From the NCBI GenBank assembly GCA_030612045.1, contig JAUWOP010000002.1, forward strand, positions 5,894 to 69,893: a DNA stretch of 64,000 nt, given 5' to 3'. Numbering within the stretch: position 1 is the stretch's first letter; each line of letters begins with the position of its first letter. This DNA is from Chloroflexota bacterium (GTDB taxonomy: Bacteria; Chloroflexota; Dehalococcoidia; UBA2247; JAUWOP01). The translations under genes were made by a program, and so were the position numbers. The notes below the pieces were generated by a model that was not told the DNA's origin, ran no database searches, and was given only the letters and a program-made list of their open reading frames with translations. Of this stretch, positions 1 to 9,653 are shown one piece after another.

Positions 1-892
1 GGTTCCTGTTTTGAAATTTATTACACTCAACAAGGCTAGCTTCATTGGGGGTCTCAATACCAACAAACACTGTATCAAACCCCGCCTTGACCATCAGATT
101 CATGAGCTCATCATCATCCGAGAGATTTATAGATGCTTCAGTGAAGAATGAAAAGGGGTAAGTTTTCCTATCCATCCATTCAATTACAGCAGGCAGGATA
201 TCCCTCTTCAGTTTCATCTTATGCCCTATGAAGTTATCATCCACGATGAATACACCCCCCCGCCACCCATGATTATGCAATGTGTCAAGCTCTCCGAGTA
301 ATTGCTCTCTGCTTTTTGTTCGCGGTACATGCCCATTCAACACAACAATATCACAAAACTCACAATCAAAGGGGCAGCCTCGAGAATATTGAATACTCAT
401 CGAAGAATATTTCTTCATATTAATAAGGTTCCAGAGAGGAACAGGACTCATCTTTATGTCTGGCCATTTATCAGATGCATAGATGTGCTGGGCACATCCA
501 TTGTCCAGGTCTTGTAAAAAGGGCGCAAGTGTAATTTCAGCCTCGCCAAGCACAAGATGGTCTACTTCCTTAAATTCCTCATACTCGGTAGTAAAAAGAG
601 GTCCACCAGCCACAGTCTTAATGCCCAACCCCTTACATTTCCGGACAACCCTTTTCGCCGACTCTCTTTGTACTGCCATAGCACCGATAAATACATAGTC
701 AGCCCACTCGATGTCCTTATCCTTCAAGGTGGTCACATTCATATCTACAAGCTTTCTCTCCCACTCTCTGGGAAGCATTGCTGCTACAGTTAATAAACCC
801 AGGGGTGGGAAGGATGCCTTCTTAGAGATAAATTTCAAGGCATGCTTAAAACTCCAGAAAGTATCCTTGTACTGTGGATAAATAAGAATTAT
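1..892 (-). CDS. B12-binding-domain radical SAM protein (class B), N-terminal part; the 3' end runs off the window
   Basis: Reverse-strand translation gives MKLKIILIYPQYKD...FISKKASFPPLGLLTVAAMLP (B12-binding-like region) followed by SRGCPFDCEFC (CxxxCxxC radical SAM cluster motif). A GAGGAGG RBS precedes a TTG/AAG start near 890. Not listed in the ORF track because it is open at the window edge. Confidence 0.6.
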   Translation of the reverse strand, partial: MILIYPQYKDTFWSFKHALKFISKKASFPPLGLLTVAAMLPREWERKLVDMNVTTLKDKDIEWADYVFIGAMAVQRESAKRVVRKCKGLGIKTVAGGPLFTTEYEEFKEVDHLVLGEAEITLAPFLQDLDNGCAQHIYASDKWPDIKMSPVPLWNLINMKKYSSMSIQYSRGCPFDCEFCDIVVLNGHVPRTKSREQLLGELDTLHNHGWRGGVFIVDDNFIGHKMKLKRDILPAVIEWMDRKTYPFSFFTEASINLSDDDELMNLMVKAGFDTVFVGIETPNEASLVECNKFQNRN

Positions 893-894
893 TT

Positions 895-1782
895 TCAACT
901 TGTGCCTCCTCGCATACTATTCTCAGGTTCAATACCTATAATCTGATAGTAGAGCTTACCTGAAGGAGTAACCACCTCTATAGAATCTCCCACTTCCCGA
1001 TGCAACAGTGCTCTGCCCACAGGTGAGGCTGTAGATATCTTACCCTCTACCACATTAAGTTCATTGGGACTAACCAGAATATAACTCAGCTTCTCATCTA
1101 TATCAGCTCTTCTCACTGCGACTCTACTGCCCATGTTCACCCTCAAAGAATCAACCTCTTCCTTCTCATCTGCTACCATTGCCAACTGAAGCATTGACCT
1201 CAGTTCCTTAATCTGAGCTTCTATCTGTTCATGCTCCTCTCTGGCTGCTTCCAAAGGAGCGTTCTCACTGAAATCCTTATCCGCTGCTGCCCGCCGTATC
1301 TCCTCAGCAATCCGAGGGCGTTCTTTCTCCAATGTGGATATCTGTGCCTTCAATTGCTCATAGGCTTGTGCTGTCAGCGTTGTTCGCTTTTCTCTCTCTT
1401 GTTTATTGAGAGATGGTGATTTTCTCTTGGAAGGACCTTTTTTTACCCCTAAATGCGAAGAGAGACTAATAGGAACTAGCCTTTCTTTCTTGGCATAAGT
1501 CAAAAATGCCCTCACTGGGATTAACTTTTGTGCTGCCCCATTCTTCACAGCACTTATGTTAGTTGAACTCATTATCCACTCTGCATAACTTCCTACCTCA
1601 GGGGCAGTAAGCTCATGTATAAGTCGGCCTCTACCATTCCACTCAACGAAACGATTGACCTCCTGCTGGTATTCTTTCCTCTGTTCAGGTGACAGACTAA
1701 GGAGGAAACTCTGGGCTGCTTCATCAATGCTCATATCTCGATTCAAACTCTTCGCCACATGCTCCTTTCTCAAAGGTATCAC
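895..1782 (-). CDS. GreA/GreB-family transcript cleavage factor with a ~135-aa N-terminal extension
   Basis: The C-terminal ~160 aa match GreA (DFSENAPLEAAREEHEQIEAQIKELRSMLQLA...ISTASPVGRALLHREVGDSIEVVTPSGKLYYQIIGIE). The N-terminal 135 aa are unrelated to GreA, and there is no internal ATG at the domain boundary. Confidence 0.6.
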   Translation of the reverse strand: MIPLRKEHVAKSLNRDMSIDEAAQSFLLSLSPEQRKEYQQEVNRFVEWNGRGRLIHELTAPEVGSYAEWIMSSTNISAVKNGAAQKLIPVRAFLTYAKKERLVPISLSSHLGVKKGPSKRKSPSLNKQEREKRTTLTAQAYEQLKAQISTLEKERPRIAEEIRRAAADKDFSENAPLEAAREEHEQIEAQIKELRSMLQLAMVADEKEEVDSLRVNMGSRVAVRRADIDEKLSYILVSPNELNVVEGKISTASPVGRALLHREVGDSIEVVTPSGKLYYQIIGIEPENSMRGGTS

Positions 1783-1832
1783 TAACCTGCCATGATACCT
1801 ATTTTAGGTATCTCTACTTCTAAGCGTCAACT

Positions 1833-2570
1833 TTACCATCCATAGCTCAGGCGCGTTGCTAGCCGGTGAGGTAATCCTGCTTGTATCATCTTATTCTGAG
1901 TGGCATTAACATCATAATCCACTCGGTAGTGGCAGAATATCTTCCTCTCGGTATCGATTAAAGCATAACTGGCACGGGAGTCACCATCCCGAGGTTGACC
2001 CACTCCACCGGGATTGACAATCAGGCGGATTCCTTCCTGCTCAAGAGATAAGCTTTCAAAAAGCTTGCAAAGATGGCAAATACGATTAGCGGCAGAACAC
2101 CTGAAAAGCAGCGGAATATGGGAATGGGCAATGAGACAATGAGGTGTCTCAAACCACTCAAGATTCTCTGCAGCATCCTGTGCTGAAAGAAGATATTCCC
2201 ATACGGGTTCACGAGGGCTACCGTGAACAAGAGTAAACTCACCACGGCACAATCTCAAAGGCAGGTTACCCAAATACTCGATACTCCGCTGACTCAACTG
2301 GGCAGCAGTCCAACGGCAAGCTAAAGCAGCCTCAGCGTTAAAATCAGAGGTGTCTATCTTCCCGATAGCAGCCCAGTCATGGTTCCCCGCTACACAGCAG
2401 TGTTGATATTGCTGCAATAGGTTTAGACACTCCTCAGGTTCAGGACCATATCCTACTACATCTCCCAAACACCATAGCTCATCGACTCCACCCCTATGCT
2501 CCACATCCGCCAGTACCGCCTTAAAGGCAGCAAGATTACCATGGATATCACCAATGATAGCATAACGCAT
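1833..2570 (-). CDS. metallophosphoesterase (calcineurin-like phosphoesterase)
   Basis: MRYAIIGDIHGN...LGDVVGYGPEP...GNHD motifs are typical of the MPP superfamily. Confidence 0.75.
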   Translation of the reverse strand: MRYAIIGDIHGNLAAFKAVLADVEHRGGVDELWCLGDVVGYGPEPEECLNLLQQYQHCCVAGNHDWAAIGKIDTSDFNAEAALACRWTAAQLSQRSIEYLGNLPLRLCRGEFTLVHGSPREPVWEYLLSAQDAAENLEWFETPHCLIAHSHIPLLFRCSAANRICHLCKLFESLSLEQEGIRLIVNPGGVGQPRDGDSRASYALIDTERKIFCHYRVDYDVNATQNKMIQAGLPHRLATRLSYGW

Positions 2571-2650
2571 ACTTTATATATTATAGCATACTATACCTGG
2601 TCAAGGATAATAAGGTATACTTTCACGTAAGAGGCGATTCCAGTAACATC

Positions 2651-3232
2651 ATGCTGTTGATAGTTGATAACTATGATTCCTTTGTCTATAACCTTGCTCA
2701 GTATGCAGGAGAACTGGGTTGGGAACCCTTAGTCTACCGTAATGATAAGCTCCGCATGATGGAGATCGAACAACTGACTCCTAGCCACATCATTATTTCT
2801 CCAGGACCTCGTACTCCTCTGGAGGCAGGAATATCCAACGAGGTTATCCGTCACTTTGAAGGTAGGATTCCTATTCTGGGAGTTTGCCTGGGTCATCAAT
2901 GTATTGGACATGTCTATGGTGGTGTGGTTACCCGCTCTCAGATTCCTGTGCATGGTAAAACCTCACTCATACACCATGATGGTAGAACTGTATTCAACGG
3001 AATCCCTAACCCATTCGAAGCCGGACGCTATCATTCCCTGATAGTTGAGCCGGACTCTCTGCCTGACTGCCTGGAAATTTCAGCATGGACTGCTGATGGG
3101 AAGATAATGGGACTGCGCCACAAAGAATATATCGTAGAGGGGGTTCAGTTCCACCCTGAATCCATTCTAACAGCGGTTGGACACACAATCTTACGGAACT
3201 TTCTGAGTCAGTCCTACCCTATCCAAGAATGA
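2651..3232 (+). CDS. anthranilate/aminodeoxychorismate synthase component II (class I glutamine amidotransferase)
   Basis: LIVDNYDSFVYNL...ILGVCLGHQCIG...VQFHPES is the TrpG/PabA GATase signature with the catalytic Cys and His. Confidence 0.8.
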   Translation: MLLIVDNYDSFVYNLAQYAGELGWEPLVYRNDKLRMMEIEQLTPSHIIISPGPRTPLEAGISNEVIRHFEGRIPILGVCLGHQCIGHVYGGVVTRSQIPVHGKTSLIHHDGRTVFNGIPNPFEAGRYHSLIVEPDSLPDCLEISAWTADGKIMGLRHKEYIVEGVQFHPESILTAVGHTILRNFLSQSYPIQE

Positions 3233-4416
3233 ATAATCGGTTGACCCTGGTCACCATCTATGTAGTAATTCTCTTTACTCATATCGGCTTCAGTATGCTT
3301 TTCCCCGTGAATCCCCGCTATGCTATCTACGTGGGGGCTTCTGTTTCTCATATTGGATTAATTGTCGGCACCTTCGCTTATGTTACTGCTCTTACTATGA
3401 TACCCTTCGGCTTGCTTGCTGACAGAATAGGGAAACGCTCCCTATTACTCATAGGAGTAACAGCGTGTATTGCAGTTCCCTGGCTTTACCCCCAGGCTAG
3501 CACTCCATCCCAACTGGTACTGGTTATCGGACTTCACGGGCTTGCTACAGCCAGCTTTATTCCTGCCGCCAATGCCTTGCTGGTTGACATCACGCCCCCT
3601 CCTAAATGGGGACGAATCTTAGGGCAATTTACGGCTATTGCTCTACTGGGTATGGCTATTGGTCCCGCAATTGGCGATTTTCTCCTGGAGAACTGCGGCT
3701 TCAACACTGTGTTCCATACCTGTAGTCTGATGCCAATTCCAGGGCTTCTGCTCATAGCAATCGTCTTCAGACGCATCCCACACGAACCCAGCCAGGCAGG
3801 TCGCCCGACGTCGGGTGACCCTACCCTGCCTCGAAGCTCACGAGGTTGGTTGAAAAGCCCTGCAGCACTTATCGCTCTGCTTACGCCGCTATTCATAACC
3901 GTCGGGTCCGGAACTATTTGCGCCTACATGCCCCTCTATGCTGATGAGCTTGGAATCACCTGGGGTGGTGCTGCTGGTTTTCTTATTATGGCGCTTTATG
4001 GTGGGTCGGTGGTGTCGCGCGACCCAGCGGGTAGGATTTCAGATAAGATAGGGAGATTTCCTGTTATCCTCTTTGGATTCGGCATCAGCGTCATTTCCCT
4101 TGCCTGCATCTCTATGGTCACTTCCTTCCCTGCATTAATAGTAACTACTACCTTCTTTGGAGTAGGGATGGGGATTGCTATGCCTCCCGGTTTTGCCCTT
4201 ATGGCGGATGTAGCTCCCGCTGAGATGAGGGGGTTCGGTTTGGGCATAGCAAACAGTTCCCTTCAAGTTGGGGTTGCCGTGGGAGGTAGCTTGATGGGAC
4301 TCGTGGTAGGCACATGGGGTTATGAGATAATGCTATATTGCTGCACCTTGGTAGTAGCTATAGGGATGCTAATCGTGCTGGTGCTCGGCTATTATGCTAG
4401 AAAAAAGAGGCAATAG
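3229..4416 (+). CDS. MFS transporter
   Basis: ~12 predicted TM segments, a GxLADRxGKR-like motif after TM2, and typical MFS architecture. The start overlaps the upstream stop by 4 nt. Confidence 0.7.
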   Translation: MNNRLTLVTIYVVILFTHIGFSMLFPVNPRYAIYVGASVSHIGLIVGTFAYVTALTMIPFGLLADRIGKRSLLLIGVTACIAVPWLYPQASTPSQLVLVIGLHGLATASFIPAANALLVDITPPPKWGRILGQFTAIALLGMAIGPAIGDFLLENCGFNTVFHTCSLMPIPGLLLIAIVFRRIPHEPSQAGRPTSGDPTLPRSSRGWLKSPAALIALLTPLFITVGSGTICAYMPLYADELGITWGGAAGFLIMALYGGSVVSRDPAGRISDKIGRFPVILFGFGISVISLACISMVTSFPALIVTTTFFGVGMGIAMPPGFALMADVAPAEMRGFGLGIANSSLQVGVAVGGSLMGLVVGTWGYEIMLYCCTLVVAIGMLIVLVLGYYARKKRQ

Positions 4417-4564
4417 GGAATACTAGAGACAACAAGTGGAAACCGCCGATGGCTCAATTAATGCATAGCGATAACGAGGGTTGCATCTGATTTCCCATTG
4501 GAGTACCTGTTAACAGACTTTGGTTTGCTGTAACCTTCATAGTACCCGAGAAAGAAGCAAACAC

Positions 4565-4770
4565 ACATGGACGGCTGCCCACCAACGAACCATGAAAATA
4601 AGTTGTCATTGCGAGTCTTTTCCCCTTGTCATTGCGAGCAAAGCGAAGCAATCCCATCGCCACTCCCACCGCCGAGGTTGCTTCGGCACTGCGTGCCTCG
4701 CAATGACACACTATGGGGACGCTCCTCGCAATGGCAGATGTGGGGATGAGGCTATTTTCGGAATAAAGAG
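4565..4770. repeat. composite hairpin repeat array: linker module (ggctgcccaccaacgaaccatgaaaata) followed by nested GTCATTGCGAG...CTCGCAATGAC inverted-repeat unit
   Basis: Nearly identical modules recur at 20941-21030, 24817-24960, 30908-31015, 56327-56395 (inverted), 56902-57060 and 61327-61455. Each has an internal GAAGCAATC(T/C)C / GAG(A/G)TTGCTTC hairpin and ends AATGACA(N)ATGGGG. Confidence 0.85.
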
Positions 4771-4839
4771 TTTGCTATTCAGTAGCCTTGTCCTTATGAT
4801 ATAGTTCACTTTTGCGTATAAGAGAAGGGTGTATCAGGG

Positions 4840-6543
4840 ATGTTGGATGAGTTTAGTCTTATACTGGATATAGCTATTGTTCTGGGTGCAGCTTTAGCAG
4901 GAGGGTTGGTCGCCCGCTTCTTGAAGCAGCCTACCATAATAGGTTACCTCCTGGCTGGAGTTATCATTGGTCCTCATGTGTTTGGCTTAATTCATGAATC
5001 GGATGAAATAAGGGTACTGGCTACTATTGCGATTGTGCTACTCCTCTTCACTCTTGGGATAAAGTTCTCGCTACGGGAAATGATTCGGGTGAGGAAGGTA
5101 GCTATTGGGGGTGGTATATTTCAACTTCTGGCTACTACAGGGTTGGGAATAGGTATTGCCACCCTCCTTGGATGGTCGCTTCATGAGGCAGTAATCTTCG
5201 GCTTTCTAATTGCCCTCAGCAGCACGATGGTAGTAATCGGTATGCTTACCGAGCGTGGGGAGTTGGAATCAGTACATGGTCGGGTGATGATAGGAATCCT
5301 CCTGATGCAGGATATTGCTGCCGCTTTCATGATGTTCATCCTTCCAGCACTGGGAGACTCAGGTGGGAACCTGCCCCCCGTACTGGGGATGGCAGTCCTT
5401 AAAGCTGTGCTATTCCTAGCTTTAGTCTTGCTCCTGGGAGCATGGGTAGTACCTCGATTCATAAGGCGTGTAGCGGGTCAAGGACCCAGGGACAGGGAGC
5501 TGTTCATACTTTCCAGTGCTGTGTTGTGCTTCGGAGGTGCCTTTGGCGCCTACTATTTTGGTTTGTCGGCGGCTTTGGGTGCTTTTGCCATCGGGCTTCT
5601 CATTAGTGAATCTGACTTCGCCCATCAGGTGCTTGGCGATATGATACCCCTGCGTGATATCTTCTCCGCCCTTTTCTTTGTGTCAGTAGGAATGCTTGTT
5701 GACATATCTTTTATGGCGGGAAGTATCGGCACTGTCATTGTAGTAGCTCTAGTGGTTATTCTGGGTAAGTTTCTTATCTGCTCTGCTACCGCCAGGCTCT
5801 TCGGTTATAGGGGTAAGACAGTACCCCTGGTGGGGGCGGGAATGATACAAGTTGGGGAATTCAGCTTCGTGTTAGCAGAGCTTGGGCTAGAGACAGGGGG
5901 AATTTCAGAGCACCTATATTCGCTGATTCTTGCCAGTGGTATGATTTCCATTATCCTCACCCCATTTGTCTACACACTGACAACCAACCTCAGCACCAGA
6001 TTGATTCGAGTGAGAGGGCTGAGGTCTCTCACAGGGGTTGGTGCACCACAATTAGTTGAGGAGGTAGCGAAGATTTCTGACCATGTAGTTATTTGTGGTC
6101 ATGGTCGTGTAGGTGGTAGTGTAGCCCGGATGCTGGGGCAGTTAGAGATTCCATATTTGGTCATTGACCTCGACCCGGCGATTATCTCCAATCTCCGGGA
6201 TGAGGGGATTCCCTGCGTCTACGGGGATGCTGGTAACCGGGAGGTGCTTTCCAAGGTGGGACTTAAGGATGCAGCCCTTTTGCTGATTGCTATGCCTGAC
6301 CCTATGGCAGCGAGGCTTACTCTCGACCACGCTCTCCATATTAACCCTCATCTGGATGTTGTGGCACGTGTTCATAGCGATTTCGAGCTTGATTTCTTGC
6401 GGGGAAGGGGAGCTTCTGTGCTGGTCCAGCCGGAGTTTGAGGCAAGCATAGAGATGGTGCGGCATGTCTTGTGCCGATTGGGATTGCCCGAGGACAAGGT
6501 GAAGGAGTTTGTCAACAACTGGAGAGCAACATGCCCTGTATAA
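4840..6543 (+). CDS. Kef-type (CPA2) cation:proton antiporter with C-terminal RCK/TrkA-N domain
   Basis: N-terminal Na+/H+ exchanger TM domain, then a VVICGHGRVGGSVARML Rossmann (TrkA-N) motif. Confidence 0.8.
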   Translation: MLDEFSLILDIAIVLGAALAGGLVARFLKQPTIIGYLLAGVIIGPHVFGLIHESDEIRVLATIAIVLLLFTLGIKFSLREMIRVRKVAIGGGIFQLLATTGLGIGIATLLGWSLHEAVIFGFLIALSSTMVVIGMLTERGELESVHGRVMIGILLMQDIAAAFMMFILPALGDSGGNLPPVLGMAVLKAVLFLALVLLLGAWVVPRFIRRVAGQGPRDRELFILSSAVLCFGGAFGAYYFGLSAALGAFAIGLLISESDFAHQVLGDMIPLRDIFSALFFVSVGMLVDISFMAGSIGTVIVVALVVILGKFLICSATARLFGYRGKTVPLVGAGMIQVGEFSFVLAELGLETGGISEHLYSLILASGMISIILTPFVYTLTTNLSTRLIRVRGLRSLTGVGAPQLVEEVAKISDHVVICGHGRVGGSVARMLGQLEIPYLVIDLDPAIISNLRDEGIPCVYGDAGNREVLSKVGLKDAALLLIAMPDPMAARLTLDHALHINPHLDVVARVHSDFELDFLRGRGASVLVQPEFEASIEMVRHVLCRLGLPEDKVKEFVNNWRATCPV

Positions 6544-6548
6544 AAATG

Positions 6549-6840
6549 TAACTACTCAGACAGGATAACAGGATACACATCAGGTAGAGATAGAGACCCT
6601 CCCCCCTCTATCTCTGTTGTTTGGACTGTTAGACAGTTAAACAAGGGGTTGCAACCTCTTGTTCATTTCCTCAGTGTCCTCGGTGAACTCTGTGGCTTAC
6701 CATAGTCGTTGAATGGTTGGGCTGCTGGTTTTGGTTGTCGTTAATCGTTAAAGGTCTTGACGAGTTGCGCAACCCTTTATCCTTCACCGTTCCCTTTCCT
6801 CTGTGAACTCTGTGGCTATCAATTACTGGCTGAGTAGTTA
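6549..6840. repeat. intergenic repeat cluster (family D): GTAACTACTCAG...CTGAGTAGTTAC inverted termini, with internal direct repeats CTCGGTGAACTCTGTGGCT and CTCTGTGAACTCTGTGGCT
   Basis: The GGTAACTACTCAGCC...GATAGCCACAGAG module recurs at 20855-20900, 27805-27835, 52612-52650 and 13990-14003. Confidence 0.7.
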
Positions 6841-8292
6841 CCTTATCTCTTTATGATACCTCTCCAAACCATCTAGCAAAACCCCCAGATTATAGTGGGC
6901 TTCGGCATAGTTCGGATTTACTCTCAATGCCTCCCTGAACTCAGCCTTTGCCTCTTCATACCTCTCCAAATCCTTCCCTAGTAAAATCCCCAGATTATTA
7001 TGGGCTTCGGCATAGTTCGGATTTACCCTCAGTGCCTCTCCGTATTCAGCCTCTGCCTCTTCACATCTCTCCAAATTACTTAACAAAATCCCCAGATTAT
7101 TATGGGTTTCGGCAAGGTCTGGATTTACCCTCAATGCCTCCCTGAACTCAGTCTCTGCCTCTTCACATCTCTCTAAATCCCCTAGCAAATTCCCCAGATT
7201 ACTATGGGCTTCGGCATAGTTCGGATTTATCCTCAATGCTTCCCTGTATTCAGCCTCTGCCTCTTCATGCTTCTCTAAATTCCCTAACAAAACCCCCAGA
7301 TTATTATGGGCTTCGGCAAGGTCTGGATTTATCCTCAATGCTTCCCTGTATTTAGCCTCTGCCTCTTCATGCCTCCCTAGATTCCCTAGCAAATTCCCCA
7401 GATTATTATGGGCTTCGGCATCGTTCGGATTTACTCTCAATGTTTCCCTGAACTCAGCCTCTGCCTCTTCATACCTCTCCAAATCCTTCCCTAGTAAAAT
7501 CCCCAGACTATTATGGGCTTCGGCATAGTTCGGATTTAGCCTCAGTGCCTCTCTGTATTCAGCCTCTGCCTCTTTAAAATCCTCGGCGTAGTAGCAGGCA
7601 TTGCCGCGGTAGAAATGACCCTCTGTGGTGAGATCCTTGATTTTCTTCAGCACCTCTGCCATCACAGCAGCTTCTCTCCTGGCGGCATCCGAAATCCCCT
7701 CCACCTTCCCTACAGTGCTGAGGGAAACAGGGGACTCCACGGCTACCTTTGCCGCCTCCCTAGCTTCTTCAGGCTTGATGCTGATTATGCGGGCTATCTC
7801 ATCTTCTATCTTTTCCATAGCACTCTGGAAGCTTATATTTTTCGTTAGCTCACTTATAATCATTTCCTTATCGGCATCACCGTGGTATGAAAGGATGGTC
7901 GTGCCATTCTTATCAGAAAGGGCTTCAGTAAGGTCTATATGGGCGTTTTTATTTCCAAGGGGGACAACGAACTTCTCCAGTCCGTCCAGCAGTCCCCATT
8001 CATAGGAGATGTTATGTCTCAGCTCATTATAGATGACGATACCGAAGTAGCACCTCCTCATTATCTCCCTGAGTCCCTCATCCGTTTTCACTCCTGCCGA
8101 TATCTCTCTCCCCGTGTGAACCTCAAACCCCCTCCCCTTAAGATAATCTATCAAGATGCGCTCTATCCGGCTTGGATTATCTCCCGATGTAAATGCGAGG
8201 GCTAAGAATACGGACTTGGGGTTAACCCTCTGCTCAGTTTCCATATTAATTCTCCGTCCTCCGTAGCTGCTAATAAAAGGAGAGTTGGTCAA
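6838..8292 (-). CDS. TIR-like (flavodoxin-fold) N-terminal domain protein with nine C-terminal TPR repeats
   Basis: The N-terminus SVFLALAFTSGDN...IERILIDYLKGRGFEVHT...CYFGIVIYNELRHNISYEWGLLDG resembles TIR/DUF1863-type domains. The C-terminus has nine 34-aa repeats of the form NPNYAEAHNNLGxLLGxLERxEEAEAEYREALR. The repeats are near-identical at the DNA level. Confidence 0.55.
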   Translation of the reverse strand: MTNSPFISSYGGRRINMETEQRVNPKSVFLALAFTSGDNPSRIERILIDYLKGRGFEVHTGREISAGVKTDEGLREIMRRCYFGIVIYNELRHNISYEWGLLDGLEKFVVPLGNKNAHIDLTEALSDKNGTTILSYHGDADKEMIISELTKNISFQSAMEKIEDEIARIISIKPEEAREAAKVAVESPVSLSTVGKVEGISDAARREAAVMAEVLKKIKDLTTEGHFYRGNACYYAEDFKEAEAEYREALRLNPNYAEAHNSLGILLGKDLERYEEAEAEFRETLRVNPNDAEAHNNLGNLLGNLGRHEEAEAKYREALRINPDLAEAHNNLGVLLGNLEKHEEAEAEYREALRINPNYAEAHSNLGNLLGDLERCEEAETEFREALRVNPDLAETHNNLGILLSNLERCEEAEAEYGEALRVNPNYAEAHNNLGILLGKDLERYEEAKAEFREALRVNPNYAEAHYNLGVLLDGLERYHKEIR

Positions 8293-8346
8293 ATTTCCTT
8301 CATCGAGTTAAATTGGCTTCGACAGCCTGATTTAATAGGTGACTTA

Positions 8347-9615
8347 ATGGTAAGATACCTTGCTGAGTTTATGCTGTCAACTTTGGGAGGGGGGCTTGTC
8401 CGTGTTGTTACTCTGCTGGATTTGCTATACTATAAGAGTTGTAGAGAGTATTTATGGTTACCAAAGATGAACTCTTTTTATCTCCATCAAACCCCTGACC
8501 TCTCCACAAAGGTCAAGGAGCTGGGGAAAGCCTCCGGAGAGGATGCCTTCAGCTCTTATGAACAAGTGGATTCCCTTCCATTTCGATGCTGGATATATTC
8601 CGCCTCATCTCAGGGCAGGGCTATACCTATATTTAAGGTATTGATGAGCAATTCCTGCAGGAACAACTGCCTTTATTGTGCTAGCCGTTCGGGTCGTGAT
8701 TTTCCCAGATATTCTCTTAAGCCAGAGGAGCTTGCTCACGCCTTTGCTGAATTATATAGCTCGAGAATGGTAGAAGGAATCTTTTTAAGCTCAGCAATCG
8801 AAGATAACCCTGACAGGACAATGGAGCAGATGATTCGTGCTATTGAGCTCATTCGCTTCCAGTATAAGTTCAGAGGCTATGTTCACCTTAAACTCATGCC
8901 CGGTGCTAAATTACATTATGTGGAGAGGGCAATCGAGCTTGCGGACAGGGTCTCGGTAAACCTGGAAGCACCAAACCAAAGCCGTCTTAGCAAGATAGGT
9001 CCGAATAAGGAGTTTGCCCATGCCTTAAAGCAGATGGAATATGCTAAGAAGCTAATAGAGCAGGGCATGGGTAGGGCAAGAAGCCAGACAACTCAGTTTG
9101 TGCTTGGAGCATCGGGAGAGTCAGATGAGGAGATTCTTGATACCTTAAACCTCGTCTATGAGAATTTTAACCTCAGGCGCTGCTACTTCAGGTGTTTTCA
9201 TCCTGTGCCTGATACGCCCCTGGAGGGGTATCCACCAACCGTGAAGTGGAGAGAGCGAAGGCTCTATCAGAGTGATTTCCTCATCAGAAACTATGGCTTT
9301 AAGCCCGATGAGATGGTACTTGATGCGGGTGGAAACCTTCTCCTCAATATTGACCCAAAGCTAGCCTGGGTGAATTGCCATCCTGAGCTTTTCCCTGTTG
9401 AGATAAACACTGCTGAGCCTGAGGAGCTGCTGAGAGTGCCCGGATTTGGTCCCCGCACCGTCTCACGAATTTTGGAGCTGAGGAGCAGAGGGAAGCTTAA
9501 CCCCGGTGATTTAAGGCGGGTGGGGGTTCCCTTAAAGCGTGCAGCTCCCTTCCTTCTGGTCGATGGGAGAAGGATAGACAGCAAGGATTGTCCTATCAGG
9601 CTGAGCTTGCTATAA
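8347..9615 (+). CDS. putative DNA modification/repair radical SAM protein with C-terminal helix-hairpin-helix domain; the true start is probably internal (~8467)
   Basis: SCRNNCLYC is a CxxxCxxC motif. The C-terminus PGFGPRTVSRILELR is HhH. The domain organisation matches the radical-SAM DNA-repair-like family that is usually paired with a UDG-like gene; that partner is absent here. Confidence 0.6.
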   Translation: MVRYLAEFMLSTLGGGLVRVVTLLDLLYYKSCREYLWLPKMNSFYLHQTPDLSTKVKELGKASGEDAFSSYEQVDSLPFRCWIYSASSQGRAIPIFKVLMSNSCRNNCLYCASRSGRDFPRYSLKPEELAHAFAELYSSRMVEGIFLSSAIEDNPDRTMEQMIRAIELIRFQYKFRGYVHLKLMPGAKLHYVERAIELADRVSVNLEAPNQSRLSKIGPNKEFAHALKQMEYAKKLIEQGMGRARSQTTQFVLGASGESDEEILDTLNLVYENFNLRRCYFRCFHPVPDTPLEGYPPTVKWRERRLYQSDFLIRNYGFKPDEMVLDAGGNLLLNIDPKLAWVNCHPELFPVEINTAEPEELLRVPGFGPRTVSRILELRSRGKLNPGDLRRVGVPLKRAAPFLLVDGRRIDSKDCPIRLSLL

Positions 9616-9653
9616 TCACCTTTGGAGAGTGTGAAGGGTAAGGGGGATACTTT

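Noticed and set aside
4454-4804. Short ORFs 4454-4711(-), 4520-4804(+) and 4567-4749(+) encoding CHCE.../SEAIPS... peptides
   Set aside because: They lie entirely inside the A-type hairpin repeat. The same peptides (CHCERSEAIS, VIASEAKQSR) recur from repeat copies at 24624-24947, 56800-57024, 57026-57247 and 61291-61527. They are repeat-derived reading frames, not genes.
6838-7600. ~102-bp tandem DNA repeats flagged as a possible satellite or CRISPR-like array
   Set aside because: They are in-frame codons of TPR units within the 6838-8292 CDS, not a standalone repeat feature.
8347-8466. N-terminal 40 aa of ORF 8347-9615 (MVRYLAEFMLSTLGGGLVRVV...)
   Set aside because: Low-complexity and hydrophobic, with no RBS. 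The start of the radical SAM protein is more likely the internal Met near 8467.
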